This document shows positions 42,506 to 53,498 of a stretch of 64,000 nucleotides of DNA, piece by piece. The notes under the pieces were generated by a model. It ran no database searches and had not been told where the DNA came from. It saw only the letters and a list, made by a program, of their open reading frames with translations. The translations under genes and the position numbers were made by a program. The stretch covers positions 137,578,001 to 137,642,000 of the forward strand of contig OZ024741.1 of assembly GCA_964016885.1 (NCBI GenBank). The letters are read 5' to 3'. The stretch is from Eledone cirrhosa. Taxonomy: Eukaryota. Positions within the stretch are counted from its first letter, which is position 1. Each line of letters starts with the position of its first letter.

Positions 42506-45500
42506 GATGCATAACATCTGGAACGAGATTGGTTTATTTAAATTAGATGAACAAAAATTGGCCGGGCAGGCTCGGGTAATAAGAACTAATGGGTGGATAA
42601 GCGAGCTGGAACTGGAGGAACTGAGCAGAGAGAATGGCTTGGAGATGGCGGGTGTAGTATGCCAGACAAGCGAGCCGGCGGGAAATGAAGGTGAGGAGGT
42701 CCTGAGAGCGGAGGAACCACCCGAAGCAGACAATGATCTGAATACTGAGATAAATAATACCTGGAACAGAGATACGGCCACTGAGGAGATGAATGCTGAC
42801 GGGCTAGGACAAGATTCGGTTGACATCCTAAATTTAGTGGTAGATGAGTTGAACAATGATAGTGGGAGACCTATGAACCTAAGATTTGTAGACAGGAAAA
42901 AGTTAAAAGAAACAACAGCTAAGGTAAACAAAGTCATCCCATACCTTGAGGCGAGGAGTCTTCACCAGTGCAACAATATCCTCAAAGCAACAGCAAATAC
43001 GGTGAGGAAACTACTTGGTATAAAAGCGAGAGGAAACAACAGACAAGAAAGAGCAGAGCCGTGGTGGAAGAAGCGACTGAGTGGGCAAATCGGGGAAATG
43101 AGAAATGACATAGGAAAGCTTGAGTCACTACTGAATGGGACACTAAAAAACATAGGCACTAAAAATAGACTGGAAATAAAATACAAAACTAGGAGTAAAA
43201 AGCTAAATATTATCATAGAGGAATTGAAGCAACGCATTGTAGCAAAGAGTGCCAAAATCAGGCGATACGAGAACAGAGTCAGTCAGTATAAACAGAACCG
43301 CATGTTCGACAACAACCAGAAGATGCTGTTTGGACAGCTTGAGGGGAAAGAAAGAGGCACCGACTTGATCCCTGGGGCGGAACAAGCTAAAACATTCTGG
43401 AGAGGAATATGGGAGCAGGATGTTAGACACAATGCCCAGGCAGGGTGGATTGAGACAGTACAGAGGGAGATCGGTGAGCAGGCACAGCAACAGACTGATT
43501 TGAGTATCACAGTTGAAACTCTTAAGGGGCAAGCCAAAAAACTAACCAACTGGAAATCACCAGGCCCAGATGGTGTGCAGGGGTATTGGATTAAACATTT
43601 AACATCCCTCCACCCGAAGCTGACGGCCATGTTCAATGACTGCTTGGTGTCGGGTGAGGTGCCAGAGTGGTTGACAAAAGGTACCACAGTTCTGATAATG
43701 AAAGACCGAATCAAGGGTAATGATGTTACCAACTATAGACCTATCACATGTCTGCCCGTAATGTGGAAACTGTTGACGAGCATTGTGTCTGAGGAAATCT
43801 ACCATCACCTCCACACAAACAACTTGTTGCCGGACGAACAGAAAGGATGCCGAAAGAAGTCACGTGGTACAAAGGACCAGTTGCTTATTGATAAGATGGT
43901 AATGGGGAATTGCAGGAGGAGACACACTGATCTTGCCATGGGATGGATAGACTACAGAAAGGCATTTGACATGGTGCCTCATTCCTGGATCACCAAAAGC
44001 CTGGAGATCTTCAGGGTGGCAGATAACATCAGAGAGTTGCTGGGCAGGAGTATGGGGTCCTGGGAGACAGAGTTGACATCAACTGGAGTATCCTTGGGAA
44101 GCGTGAAGATCAAGAGAGGTATCTTCCAGGGAGATAGCCTGTCCCCTCTGTTGTTTGTCCTTGCCCTGATGCCCTTGACCATTATGCTGCGAAAAGTGAG
44201 AGCAGGATACAAGTTGGGAAGGGGAGAGCTTACCATCAATCACCTCCTCTTCATGGACGATCTTAAGCTCTTCGGGAAAAGTGAGAAGGAGTTGGATGTG
44301 CTTGTTGACACTGTCCGTATTTTCAGCAGTGATATATGTATGCAGTTTGGTATTGGTAAATGTGGAGTCATTGTGATGAGGAGGGGTAGGTTGAGCAGAA
44401 GTAACGGGATCCAGATACCAACAGGTGAGATGATAAAGGAAATTGACTCTGAGGAAGGATACAAGTATTTGGGCGTTCTGGAGGCTGATGGCATAAAGAA
44501 CAAAAAAATGAAGGAATTGTTAAGAACTGAATACATTCGGAGAGTAAGGAGCGTATTGAAGTCACATCTGAACAGCAGAAATGCCATAAGCGCAGTAAAT
44601 TCCCGAGCTGTGTCTATTATTAGGTACAGTGCGGGAATTCTGAGATGGAATGTTGCTGAACAAAAAGAAATGGATAGGAAGACTAGGAAGCTATTGACTA
44701 TCTACAACATGTTCCACAAGAGGAGTGATGTCGATAGACTCTACCTAAGGAGATCTGAGGGTGGAAGAGGTCTTATCAGCATAGAGGACTGTGTTCAGAT
44801 GGAGAAAAACAACCTATACAAATACGTGACCTATAGTAAGGAGCCAATGCTCAGAGCTGTACTGAAGGAGGGGAGAGTAGGCCAGGGGATACCCAAGGAG
44901 GAAATAACATCAAGGAGGAAGAGCAGCCTTAAGGGAAAATCCCTTCATAGTACCTTCTTTGAGAAAACTGAATTTAGAGATCCACAGACATGGAACTGGT
45001 TGAGAAGAGGAGACCTCAAAAAGGCTACAGAAGGAATGCTAATGGCTGCGCAGGAGCAGGCCCTCAAAACGAAGTGGTTGAAGCACCATATCTACAAGGA
45101 GGAGGCTAGCCCACTGTGCAGGATCTGTGGAGAGAGAGAGGAGACTGTGGCTCACATTGTGTCCGAGTGTAAACACCTAGCCCAGACCCACTATAAGGGC
45201 TGGAGACACGATGTGATGGGCAGGGTGATCCACTGGCACCTGTGCAAAGTAAACAATCTACCACATTCTGAGAAATGGTATGAGCATAGGCCAGAGGCGG
45301 TGATGGAGAACAGTCAGGTGAAGGTGCTGTGGGATTTTAGGATACAGACGGACAAAAAACTGGAACACAATAGACCTGACCTGGTGGTTGTGGACAAAGA
45401 AAAAAGATCGTGCCTGATTGTGGATGTGGCCTGCCCGTTCGACACGAGAGTGCAAGAGAAGGAGAGGGAGAAAATTAACCGATACCAGGACCTAAAGTGG

Positions 45501-45775
45501 GAGGTGAAAAGGATTTGGAACTGCCATGAAGTCAAAGTGATCCCGATTGTCATAGGCGCACTGGGGACTATCTCCAAAGGTTTCCAGGGATGGTTAAAGA
45601 AAATCGGCCCCTTCACGCTTTTTGGAACGCTTCAAAAGGCATGCTTGCTTGGAACGGCAAGAACCCTCCGATACGTCCTGAATATCTGAGGCTGCAGGTA
45701 GTGGCTTGATATTCAATCCAACGGACTTTCCAGTTAACCAACATCAATGACTGAGATTCAAGGAATAACAATAAC

Positions 45776-45807
<32 letters not shown>
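42506..45807 (+). mobile_element. R4/Dong-like RLE non-LTR retrotransposon, family A copy 1
   Basis: Single ORF, ~75-nt 3'UTR, and (AAT)n on both sides (tail 45764-45807). Confidence 0.9.
42507..45689 (+). CDS. Reverse transcriptase, CCHC zinc finger and restriction-like endonuclease; uninterrupted 1060 aa
   Basis: KSPGPDG, YRPITCL, WIDYRKAFD, GIFQGDSLSP, HLLFMDD, YKYLG, CRIC..H...C, RHD, RPDLVV..IVDVACP..EKINRY. Confidence 0.95.
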   Translation: MHNIWNEIGLFKLDEQKLAGQARVIRTNGWISELELEELSRENGLEMAGVVCQTSEPAGNEGEEVLRAEEPPEADNDLNTEINNTWNRDTATEEMNADGLGQDSVDILNLVVDELNNDSGRPMNLRFVDRKKLKETTAKVNKVIPYLEARSLHQCNNILKATANTVRKLLGIKARGNNRQERAEPWWKKRLSGQIGEMRNDIGKLESLLNGTLKNIGTKNRLEIKYKTRSKKLNIIIEELKQRIVAKSAKIRRYENRVSQYKQNRMFDNNQKMLFGQLEGKERGTDLIPGAEQAKTFWRGIWEQDVRHNAQAGWIETVQREIGEQAQQQTDLSITVETLKGQAKKLTNWKSPGPDGVQGYWIKHLTSLHPKLTAMFNDCLVSGEVPEWLTKGTTVLIMKDRIKGNDVTNYRPITCLPVMWKLLTSIVSEEIYHHLHTNNLLPDEQKGCRKKSRGTKDQLLIDKMVMGNCRRRHTDLAMGWIDYRKAFDMVPHSWITKSLEIFRVADNIRELLGRSMGSWETELTSTGVSLGSVKIKRGIFQGDSLSPLLFVLALMPLTIMLRKVRAGYKLGRGELTINHLLFMDDLKLFGKSEKELDVLVDTVRIFSSDICMQFGIGKCGVIVMRRGRLSRSNGIQIPTGEMIKEIDSEEGYKYLGVLEADGIKNKKMKELLRTEYIRRVRSVLKSHLNSRNAISAVNSRAVSIIRYSAGILRWNVAEQKEMDRKTRKLLTIYNMFHKRSDVDRLYLRRSEGGRGLISIEDCVQMEKNNLYKYVTYSKEPMLRAVLKEGRVGQGIPKEEITSRRKSSLKGKSLHSTFFEKTEFRDPQTWNWLRRGDLKKATEGMLMAAQEQALKTKWLKHHIYKEEASPLCRICGEREETVAHIVSECKHLAQTHYKGWRHDVMGRVIHWHLCKVNNLPHSEKWYEHRPEAVMENSQVKVLWDFRIQTDKKLEHNRPDLVVVDKEKRSCLIVDVACPFDTRVQEKEREKINRYQDLKWEVKRIWNCHEVKVIPIVIGALGTISKGFQGWLKKIGPFTLFGTLQKACLLGTARTLRYVLNI

Positions 45808-46644
45808 GGGAAGAAGACGCACGAGGTGACGGAAGGTCATGAAATCGCTCCCGTAAGTTTTGAATTTTTAACATATTTAAATCATTTGTGAAATAACAAC
45901 TCTTAGTACAAATGCTACGTAAAGAATTCGGCTTGAGCCCCAAAAAATTCGGACCCCAAATATATTGTTATAAGGCTCAAATATTCAAATATTCAACTTT
46001 GTATTGTACATTGTATATTCAAAAAAGAAAATGGCTATAAATGGAAGAAGACCCCCCCCCCCCTCCTCTGTCTACGCTATATAGAACAGCCAAACAACAC
46101 CAGAAACTAGATACAACACCTACCCCATCACCTCTCTGTGTACACTAAACACAACAGCCAGATAACGGCAATTTCACCACCACCACTCACTACTGCCATC
46201 ATTACCACCACTATCCCATCACCGCCGCCACCACTCCTTCATTGCTACCACCGCTACAACACCATCACTACAGTAATACGATCACGTCACCACCACCACT
46301 GCCTCGGTATCGACATCACCACCACCACTGTCTCAGTATCGATACCGCCGCTACTGTCTCCCACATCTCCCCGCCGCCACCACTCCTTCAATGCTACCAC
46401 CACTATTCCCCTGTTAACTTGAGAGAGAAAGGGAAAGGTGGCGGTATCACTAGACAAGGGAGAGGCTAGCAAAAGATATAAATAGATTGACTTAGTGACC
46501 TGGCCAAGGCCAAACGACAATATCAACAAATATGGGACTGCTGGCTCACCCCTTCCTCACCAACAATATAAAAAGCTCCGGCACCACCACCGACATAGCC
46601 AACAACAATAACAGCCAACTACAACAAAAAGTATATTATATTAT

Positions 46645-46700
46645 TGTAATGCACTGGGTGATTGCTGGCCTTGTGCCTGGAGTGGAGACAATTATTAATA
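46645..46700 (+). mobile_element. SINE 3' fragment
   Basis: GTAATGCACTGGGTGATTGCTGGCCTTGTGCC..GAGACAATTATT. Confidence 0.6.
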
Positions 46701-49700
46701 ATTTCATTCTTAAGCCACGCAATGCTCACATTAAGGAACCACTCATGATAATAACAATTTAAAAAAAACAACAAAAAGAAAACCCCGTGACCAAGAAATA
46801 CCGGGATGGCGGCCGTCGGGGAATAGCCGTGTCTCTAGGGGAGAACGACCCCTCTAGTCTTGGTTGACACTCGTTCTAGAAGTGGTAACACGAAATGATT
46901 ACCCCTTGGCGGATAAGGATAAAACGCGAAAAAATAAAGTAAATGTCTAATGATAAAATCTCATACCGGATCGGCCGTCACCCGGGTAGAAAAGGGCCGC
47001 GTCGCTCAGAGAGGAACCAGACTGGGGTCGAAAAATCAGCTAATGGTTCAAACCTTCCCATCACTTCGGAGCTGGAGACCTCCCATAACCGGAATACTCC
47101 TACTGTTGGCCCTCCATGCTCACCACCAAGAAATCCAAAGAAAAAGAGAGAAAAATGGTCAAGGGAAGATAATAAAGAAGTCCTTGAGGCTTTCTACACT
47201 GCCATGTACTACCCATCAAATACATCGAATACAGAACAGACATATATCAACTGGAAAAAGAAACATCCCGAAAACAGAGGCTATATTGACAGTAACAAAC
47301 TAGCCAATATACGAAGAAATATTGTAAGAAAAAAGTTACTAACTGATATAGAAATTGATCAGATCAAGCTATTAGCACAAAGTCAGCGAAGGGAAAATGA
47401 AACATGTGTCAGTGAAAACGAGGTAAACTGTAACACTTCGAATCCCAGGGTTGGGGCGGAATCACTGGCAACAGAACAAATTAAAGAAAGGATCGAAAAA
47501 GTGGAGGGAGTGCATGCTCAGGATGAAACTCCAAATGAAAATAATGAGATCGTAAATGATAAGGAAATGAATGAGAATGAACTTGCCAACTTGAAGGATG
47601 AAATTATGATCGAATGGATGAAAATGAAAGAATCTGACATGGGGCAACGAGACACACTCCCTAAGATCCAGAACTCCAAACAGAACCAAAAGATAATACA
47701 CAAGACTAACATAATTCTCAAAAACATTATCATCACAAACAAACTAAACATTACTGATTTAAATCATCTCTATTATGCATCGGCTAAAGTCACCACTCAC
47801 TTATGTGGAGTGAAGATGAAAAAACAAAGGAATTCCCACAAGAAATCTACTTGGCAAGAGAACATCAATCGCCAAATAAACCTTCTCCGATCTGAGATAG
47901 AAATTTTAACAAACTATAAAGTAGGTGAACATGTTAAACAAACTAAACTTAGAAAATTGAAAAAAAAGTACAGTATAAAATCAACATGTGACATAGACAT
48001 GCTGATAGAAATAATCAAGCAAAAAGTGTCGGCCAAAGCTGCTCGTATAAGGCGCTTTGAAAAACGATCTAGATTCTATAAGGACAATAATATGTTCAAA
48101 AACAACCAAAGAAACTTCTACAGAAAAATTGGTAAGTCAACAATAACTGCTAAATCAATACCACCCAAGGAGAAGTGCAAGAATTCTGGGAAAAAATCTG
48201 GGCCGAAGAAAAAGTTCATAACATACATGCCCCATGGATAGACAGACAAATGAAAGATACAGCTCACCTTGAGGAACAAACATGGGAAAATATAACAGTT
48301 GAACAGTTGCGCTTGGCTCTAAGAAAAACCAGCAAATGGAAATCCCCAGGAAAAGACAAAATACAAAACTTTTGGATAAATGCCTTCACAGAGTCTCATG
48401 AGCTGTTAGCCCAACTTTACAATGAAATAGTTAAGGAGCCAGAAAAGATACCATCATGGCTAGTTAACGGCATTACATTCCTGCTTCCGAAGAATGATGA
48501 GACAAACAATCCCCAAAATTACAGACCGATAACTTGCTTGACCACAATGTATAACATTTTAACATCAGTCCTAACTAAATACACATATGACCACCTGATA
48601 ACAAATGACCTATTTCCCATTGAGCAGAAAGGGTGTAAACGAGGCTCATATGGCTGTAAGGATCAGCTTCTGGTTAACAAAATGATACTGGAAGATTGTC
48701 ATAATATACACAAAAATCTATCGGTTGCTTGGATAGATTATAAAAAAGCATTTGATAGTTTGCCACACAGTTGGATTGAAAAATGTTTAGAGATTTTCAA
48801 AGTATCCCCCGTTGTCAGGAGGTTTTTGTCATTCAGTATGAAGACATGGAAAACGACACTCCTTTTGAATAGTGAAACAAAATCACTGGAAGCTGGAGGA
48901 GTTAATATTAATTGTGGAATTTTTCAGGGTGACTCTTTATCACCGCTTTTATTCTGCATCGCACTTATACCATTAAGTAAAATGCTCAATGAAACAAAAC
49001 ATGGATATAAAGTCTATGACAAAACCATTAATCACCTGTTCTACATGGATGACCTGAAACTATTTGCAAAAAATGATGAACAATTGCAAGGGCTATTATC
49101 CACTGTGAAGCAGTTCAGTGATGACATTAAAATGGAGTTTGGACTAGATAAATGCGCCAAAGCAACGTTCACCAGAGGAAAGCTGCTGAAGAGTTCAGAC
49201 ATTAATCTTGATCGGGGGAACGTGATAAGAGAACTTGATCAAGAAAAAACTTACAAATATCTAGGTGTTTATGAAGGAGACGGAATCAAGCACTCGACAA
49301 TGAGGGAAAGGATAAGGAAGGAATGTTACCGCAGAGTAAGAGCAATCTTAAGAACGGAATTGAATGCAAGGAATAGGATCGATGCCATAAACACGCTTGC
49401 CATACCAGTAGTAACCTACAGTTACAATGTCATCAACTGGTCAAGCACAGAGATCCGTAGGCTCGATACAAAAATTCGAAAATTCTTAACCATGCACAGA
49501 ATGCATCACCCTAAGGCAGATATAGATAGAATATATCTCCCTAGGAAAGAAGGAGGACGTGGGTTAATCCAGTTAGACATTGCGTTGAAAACTGCAGCAA
49601 TTGGATTATCTACATATCTAAGGGAATCACATGATTGGATGATCAAACTCGTTTTGAAACACGAAAGCATCAAAAGATCATATTCCATTACAAAAGATGC

Positions 49701-50758
49701 ACAAAGATACAGTAATGGACTACAAATTTCAGAAGTCCCATTTACTGCTGAAATGGAAAACACAGAAAAAGCAAAGCAGGTAAAAGTAACTGCAAAGAAA
49801 GAACTGCTACAGAAACTGGCTAAGAAATGGCAAGAAAAGCCTCTGTATGGAAAATACCCAGAGCGAGCTAACAATCCTGATGTTGACAAAACTTTAACCC
49901 ATCAGTGGTTGGCATCCTCTGGACTGAAATCGGAGACTGAAGGACTGATTATATCCGCACAAGATCAGTGTCTGCCAACAAAAAATTACCAAGCCAACAT
50001 AATAAAAAATGGGTGCAGCCCATTATGCCGTGTATGCAAAAAACAACCAGAGACCATTGACCATATAATTTCAATGTGCAGTCCTATAGCTCCAACCGAA
50101 TACCTAAACAGGCATGACAGAGCTGCACAATACATACATTGGATAATGTGTAAGCATTTTGACCTGCCCCATCAAAAGAATTGGTGGGAGCATCAACCAC
50201 CTCCCATACTTGAAAAAGATCACATCTCAATCTTGTGGAACTTTAGCATCCAAACAGACTGAAAAATAGATGCAAACAGACCTGATATAATATTGAAAGA
50301 CTTTCAAAAGAGGGTATGCCTGCTAATTGATATGTCTGTTCCAATAGACAAGAATGTATCTATAAAAACATTTGAAAAATTGAGCAAGTATAAGGACCTG
50401 GAGATAGAAATTGGAAAAATGTGGAAATTGAGAACTAAAACAATACCAGTGGTTGTAGGCGCTCTGGGAATGATACCTAAGGGGTCTAATGATTACATAT
50501 CGCAAATCCCAGGAAACCCGCGTATAAGAGAAATACAAAAGATAGTATTAATGGGAACTGCCCATATACTAAGGAAGATTCTGTCAATATAAGTACATCA
50601 CAAGTCTAAACACTAAAGATGCATGTGTGAATATGTATGTTCTTTCTTGAACATGGCGGACCTTGTTGTCTCTTGAGGTCACTGGTTGTGACTTGGTGAT
50701 AACTCGTATGAACATAAAGCAAGATAAATGCAACTGTAATAATAATAATAATAATAAT
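46701..50758 (+). mobile_element. R4/Dong-like family B copy 1, apparently full length
   Basis: Putative 5'UTR, ORF 46943-50592, 3'UTR to 50736, and (AAT)n tail at 50737-50758. The 5' boundary is approximate. Confidence 0.85.
46943..50592 (+). pseudogene. RT-RLE polyprotein with one frameshift (~48170) and one nonsense codon (50260-50262)
   Basis: ORFs 46943-48241, 48175-50262 and 50293-50592 join into one protein, with GIFQGDSLSP, HLFYMDD, CRVC..H...C and RPDII..IDMSVP. Copy 2 has CGA where this copy has TGA. Confidence 0.92.
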
Positions 50759-50829
50759 GTGGTTTGAGACAGTACAAAAGGAGATTAGTGAACAGGCGCA
50801 CCAACAAACTGATTTGAGTATCACAGTTA

Positions 50830-50939
50830 ATAATTGTTTCTACTTTAGGCACAAGGCCAGCAATTACCCAGTGCATTACTGGTACTTTATTTTATCGACC
50901 TCGTAAGGATGAAAGGCAAATTCAACCTCGGCGGGGTTA
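50830..50939 (-). mobile_element. 5'-truncated SINE between family A segments
   Basis: Reverse complement of the SINE core and 3' end, with AAT repeats on both sides. Confidence 0.85.
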
Positions 50940-50948
50940 ATAATAATA

Positions 50949-53498
50949 ACTAACCAACTGGAAATTACCAGGCCCAGATGGTGTGCAGGGGTATTGGATT
51001 AAAAATATAAGATCCCTCCACGCGAAACTGGCAACCATGTTCAATGACTGCTTGATGTCAGGTGAGGTACCAGAGTGGTTGACAAAAGGTACCACAGTTC
51101 TGGTAATGAAAGACCGAATCAAGGGTAATGATGTTACCAACTATAGACCTATCACATGTCTGTCCGTAATGTGGAAACTGTTCACAAGCATTATGTCTGA
51201 GGAAATCTACCATCACCTCCACACAAACAACTTGTTACCGGACGAACAGAAAGGATGCCGAAAGAAGTCCCGTGGTACAAAGGACCAGTTACTTATTGAT
51301 AAGATGGTAATGAGCAATTGCAAGAGGAGACACACTGGTCTTGCCATGGGATGGATAGACTACAAAAAGGCATTTGACATGGTGCCTCATTATTGGATCA
51401 CCAAAAGCCTAGAGATCTTCAAGATGGCAGATAACATCAAACAGTGGTTGGGCAAAAGTATGAAGTCCTGGAAAACAGAATTAACATCAGCTGGAGAATC
51501 CTTGGGAGGCGTGAAGATCAAGAGAGGTATCTTCCAGGGAGATAGTCTGTCCCCTCTGTTGTTTGTCCTTGACCTGATGGCCCTGACCATCATACTGCGA
51601 AAAGTGAGAGTAGGATACAAGTTGGGAAAGAGAGAGCTTACCATCAATCACCTCCTCTTCATGGACGATCTTAAGCTCTTCGGGAAGAGTGAGAAGGAGT
51701 TGGATGTGCTTGTTGACACTGTCCGTATTTTCAGCAATGATATATGTATGCAATTTGGTATTAGTAAGTGTGGAGTCCTTGTGATGAAGAGGGGTAAATT
51801 GAGCAGAAGCAACGGAATCCAGGTACCAACAGGTGAGATGATAAAGGAAATTGACACTGAAGAAGGATACAAGTATTTGGGTGTTCTGGAGGCTGATGAC
51901 ATCAAGAACAAAAAAAAATGAAGGAATTGATAATATCTGAATACATTCGAAGAGTAAGGAGCGTATTAATGTCACATCTGAACAGTAGGAATGCCATAAG
52001 TGCAGTAAATTCCCGAGCTGTGTCTATTATTAGGTACAGTGCGGGAATTCTGAGATGGAATGTTGCTGAACAAAAAGAAATGGATAGGAAGACTAGGAAG
52101 CTATTGACTATCTACAACATGTTCCACAAGAGGAGTGATGTCGATAGACTCTAATTAAAGAGATCTGAAGGTTGAAGATGTCTTATCAGCATAGAGGACA
52201 TATCAGCATAGAGGACTGTGTTCAGATGGAGAAAAACAACCTACACAAATACGTGACTGATAGTAAAGAGCCAATGCTCAGGATTGTACTGAAGGAGAGG
52301 ACAATAGACCAGTAAATTCCCGAGCTGTGTCTATTATTAGGTACAGTGCGGGAATTCTGAGATGGAATGTTGCTGAACAAAAAGAAATGGATAGGAAGAC
52401 TAGGAAGCTATTGACTATCTACCACATGTTCCACAAGAGGAGTGATGTCGATAGACTCTACTTAAGTAGATCTGAAGGTGGAAGAGGTCTTAACAACATA
52501 GAGGACTGTGTTCAGATGGAGAAAAATAACCTACACAAATACGTGACTGATAGTAAGGAGTCAATGCTCAGGATTGTACTGAAGGAGAGGACAATAGACC
52601 AGAGGATGTCCAAGAAAGAAATATCAACACGGAGAAAGAGCAGCCTTCATGAAAAATCCCTTCATAGTACCTTCTTTGAGAAAACTGAATTCAGAGATCC
52701 ACAGACATGGAACTGGTTGAAAAGAGGAGACCTTGAAAAGGCTACAGAAGGAATGCTAATGGCTGCGCAAGAGCAGGCCCTCAAAACGAATTGGTTGAAA
52801 CACCATATTTACAAGGAGGAGGCTAGCCCACTGTGCAGGATCCGTGGAACGAGAGAGGAGACTGTGGCTCACATTGTATCCGAGTGTAAACACCTAGCCC
52901 AGACTCACTATAAGGGCTGGAGACATGATGTGATGGGCAGGGTGATCCACTGGCACCTATGCAAAGTAAACTATTTACCACATTCTGAGAAGTGGTATGA
53001 GCATAAGCCAGAGTCGGTGATAGAAAACGATTAGGTGAAGGTGCTGTGGGATTTTAGGATACAGACGGACAAGAAACTGGAACAAAATAGAGCTTACCTG
53101 TTGGTTTTGGACAAGGAAAAAAGATCGTGCCTGATTGTGCATGTGGCCTGCCCATTCGACACGAGAGTGCAAGAGAAGGAGAGGGAGAAAATTAACCGAT
53201 ACCAGGACTTAAAGTGGGAGGTAAAAAGGATTTGGAACTGCCATGAAGTCAAAGTGGTCTCGATTGTCATAGGCGCACTAGGTACTATCTCAAAAAGTTT
53301 CCAGGGATATTTAAAGAAAATTGGCCACGCCACGCTTTTTGGAACGCTTCAAAAGGCATGCTTGCTGAGAACAGCAAGAACCCTCCGATACGTCCTGAAT
53401 ATCTGAGGCTGCAGGTAGTGGCTTGATATTCATTTCAACAAACTTTCCAGTTAACTAACATCAATGACTGAGACTCAAAGAACAATAATAATAATAAT
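50949..53498 (+). pseudogene. R4/Dong-like family A copy 2 (5'-truncated, disrupted, internal ~300-bp duplication)
   Basis: ORF pieces 50983-51921, 51918-52154, 52327-53034 and 53035-53406 are highly similar to 42507-45689. 52003-52309 is duplicated at 52310-52600. Tail at 53481-53498. Confidence 0.92.

Noticed and set aside
42182-45616. Antisense ORFs over the LINEs (e.g. 42182-42937, 43283-43732)
   Set aside because: Shadow ORFs of the coding strand and of (ATT)n, with no recognisable motifs.
46783-46925. HDV-like ribozyme in the family B leader
   Set aside because: I could not fit the nested double-pseudoknot (P1, P1.1, P2, P3, P4) by eye. It is kept only as a test suggestion.
48160-48245. 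Programmed frameshift between two ORFs of family B
   Set aside because: No slippery heptamer at the shift, and the related family A encodes this region in one ORF. A 1-nt deletion or sequencing error is simpler.
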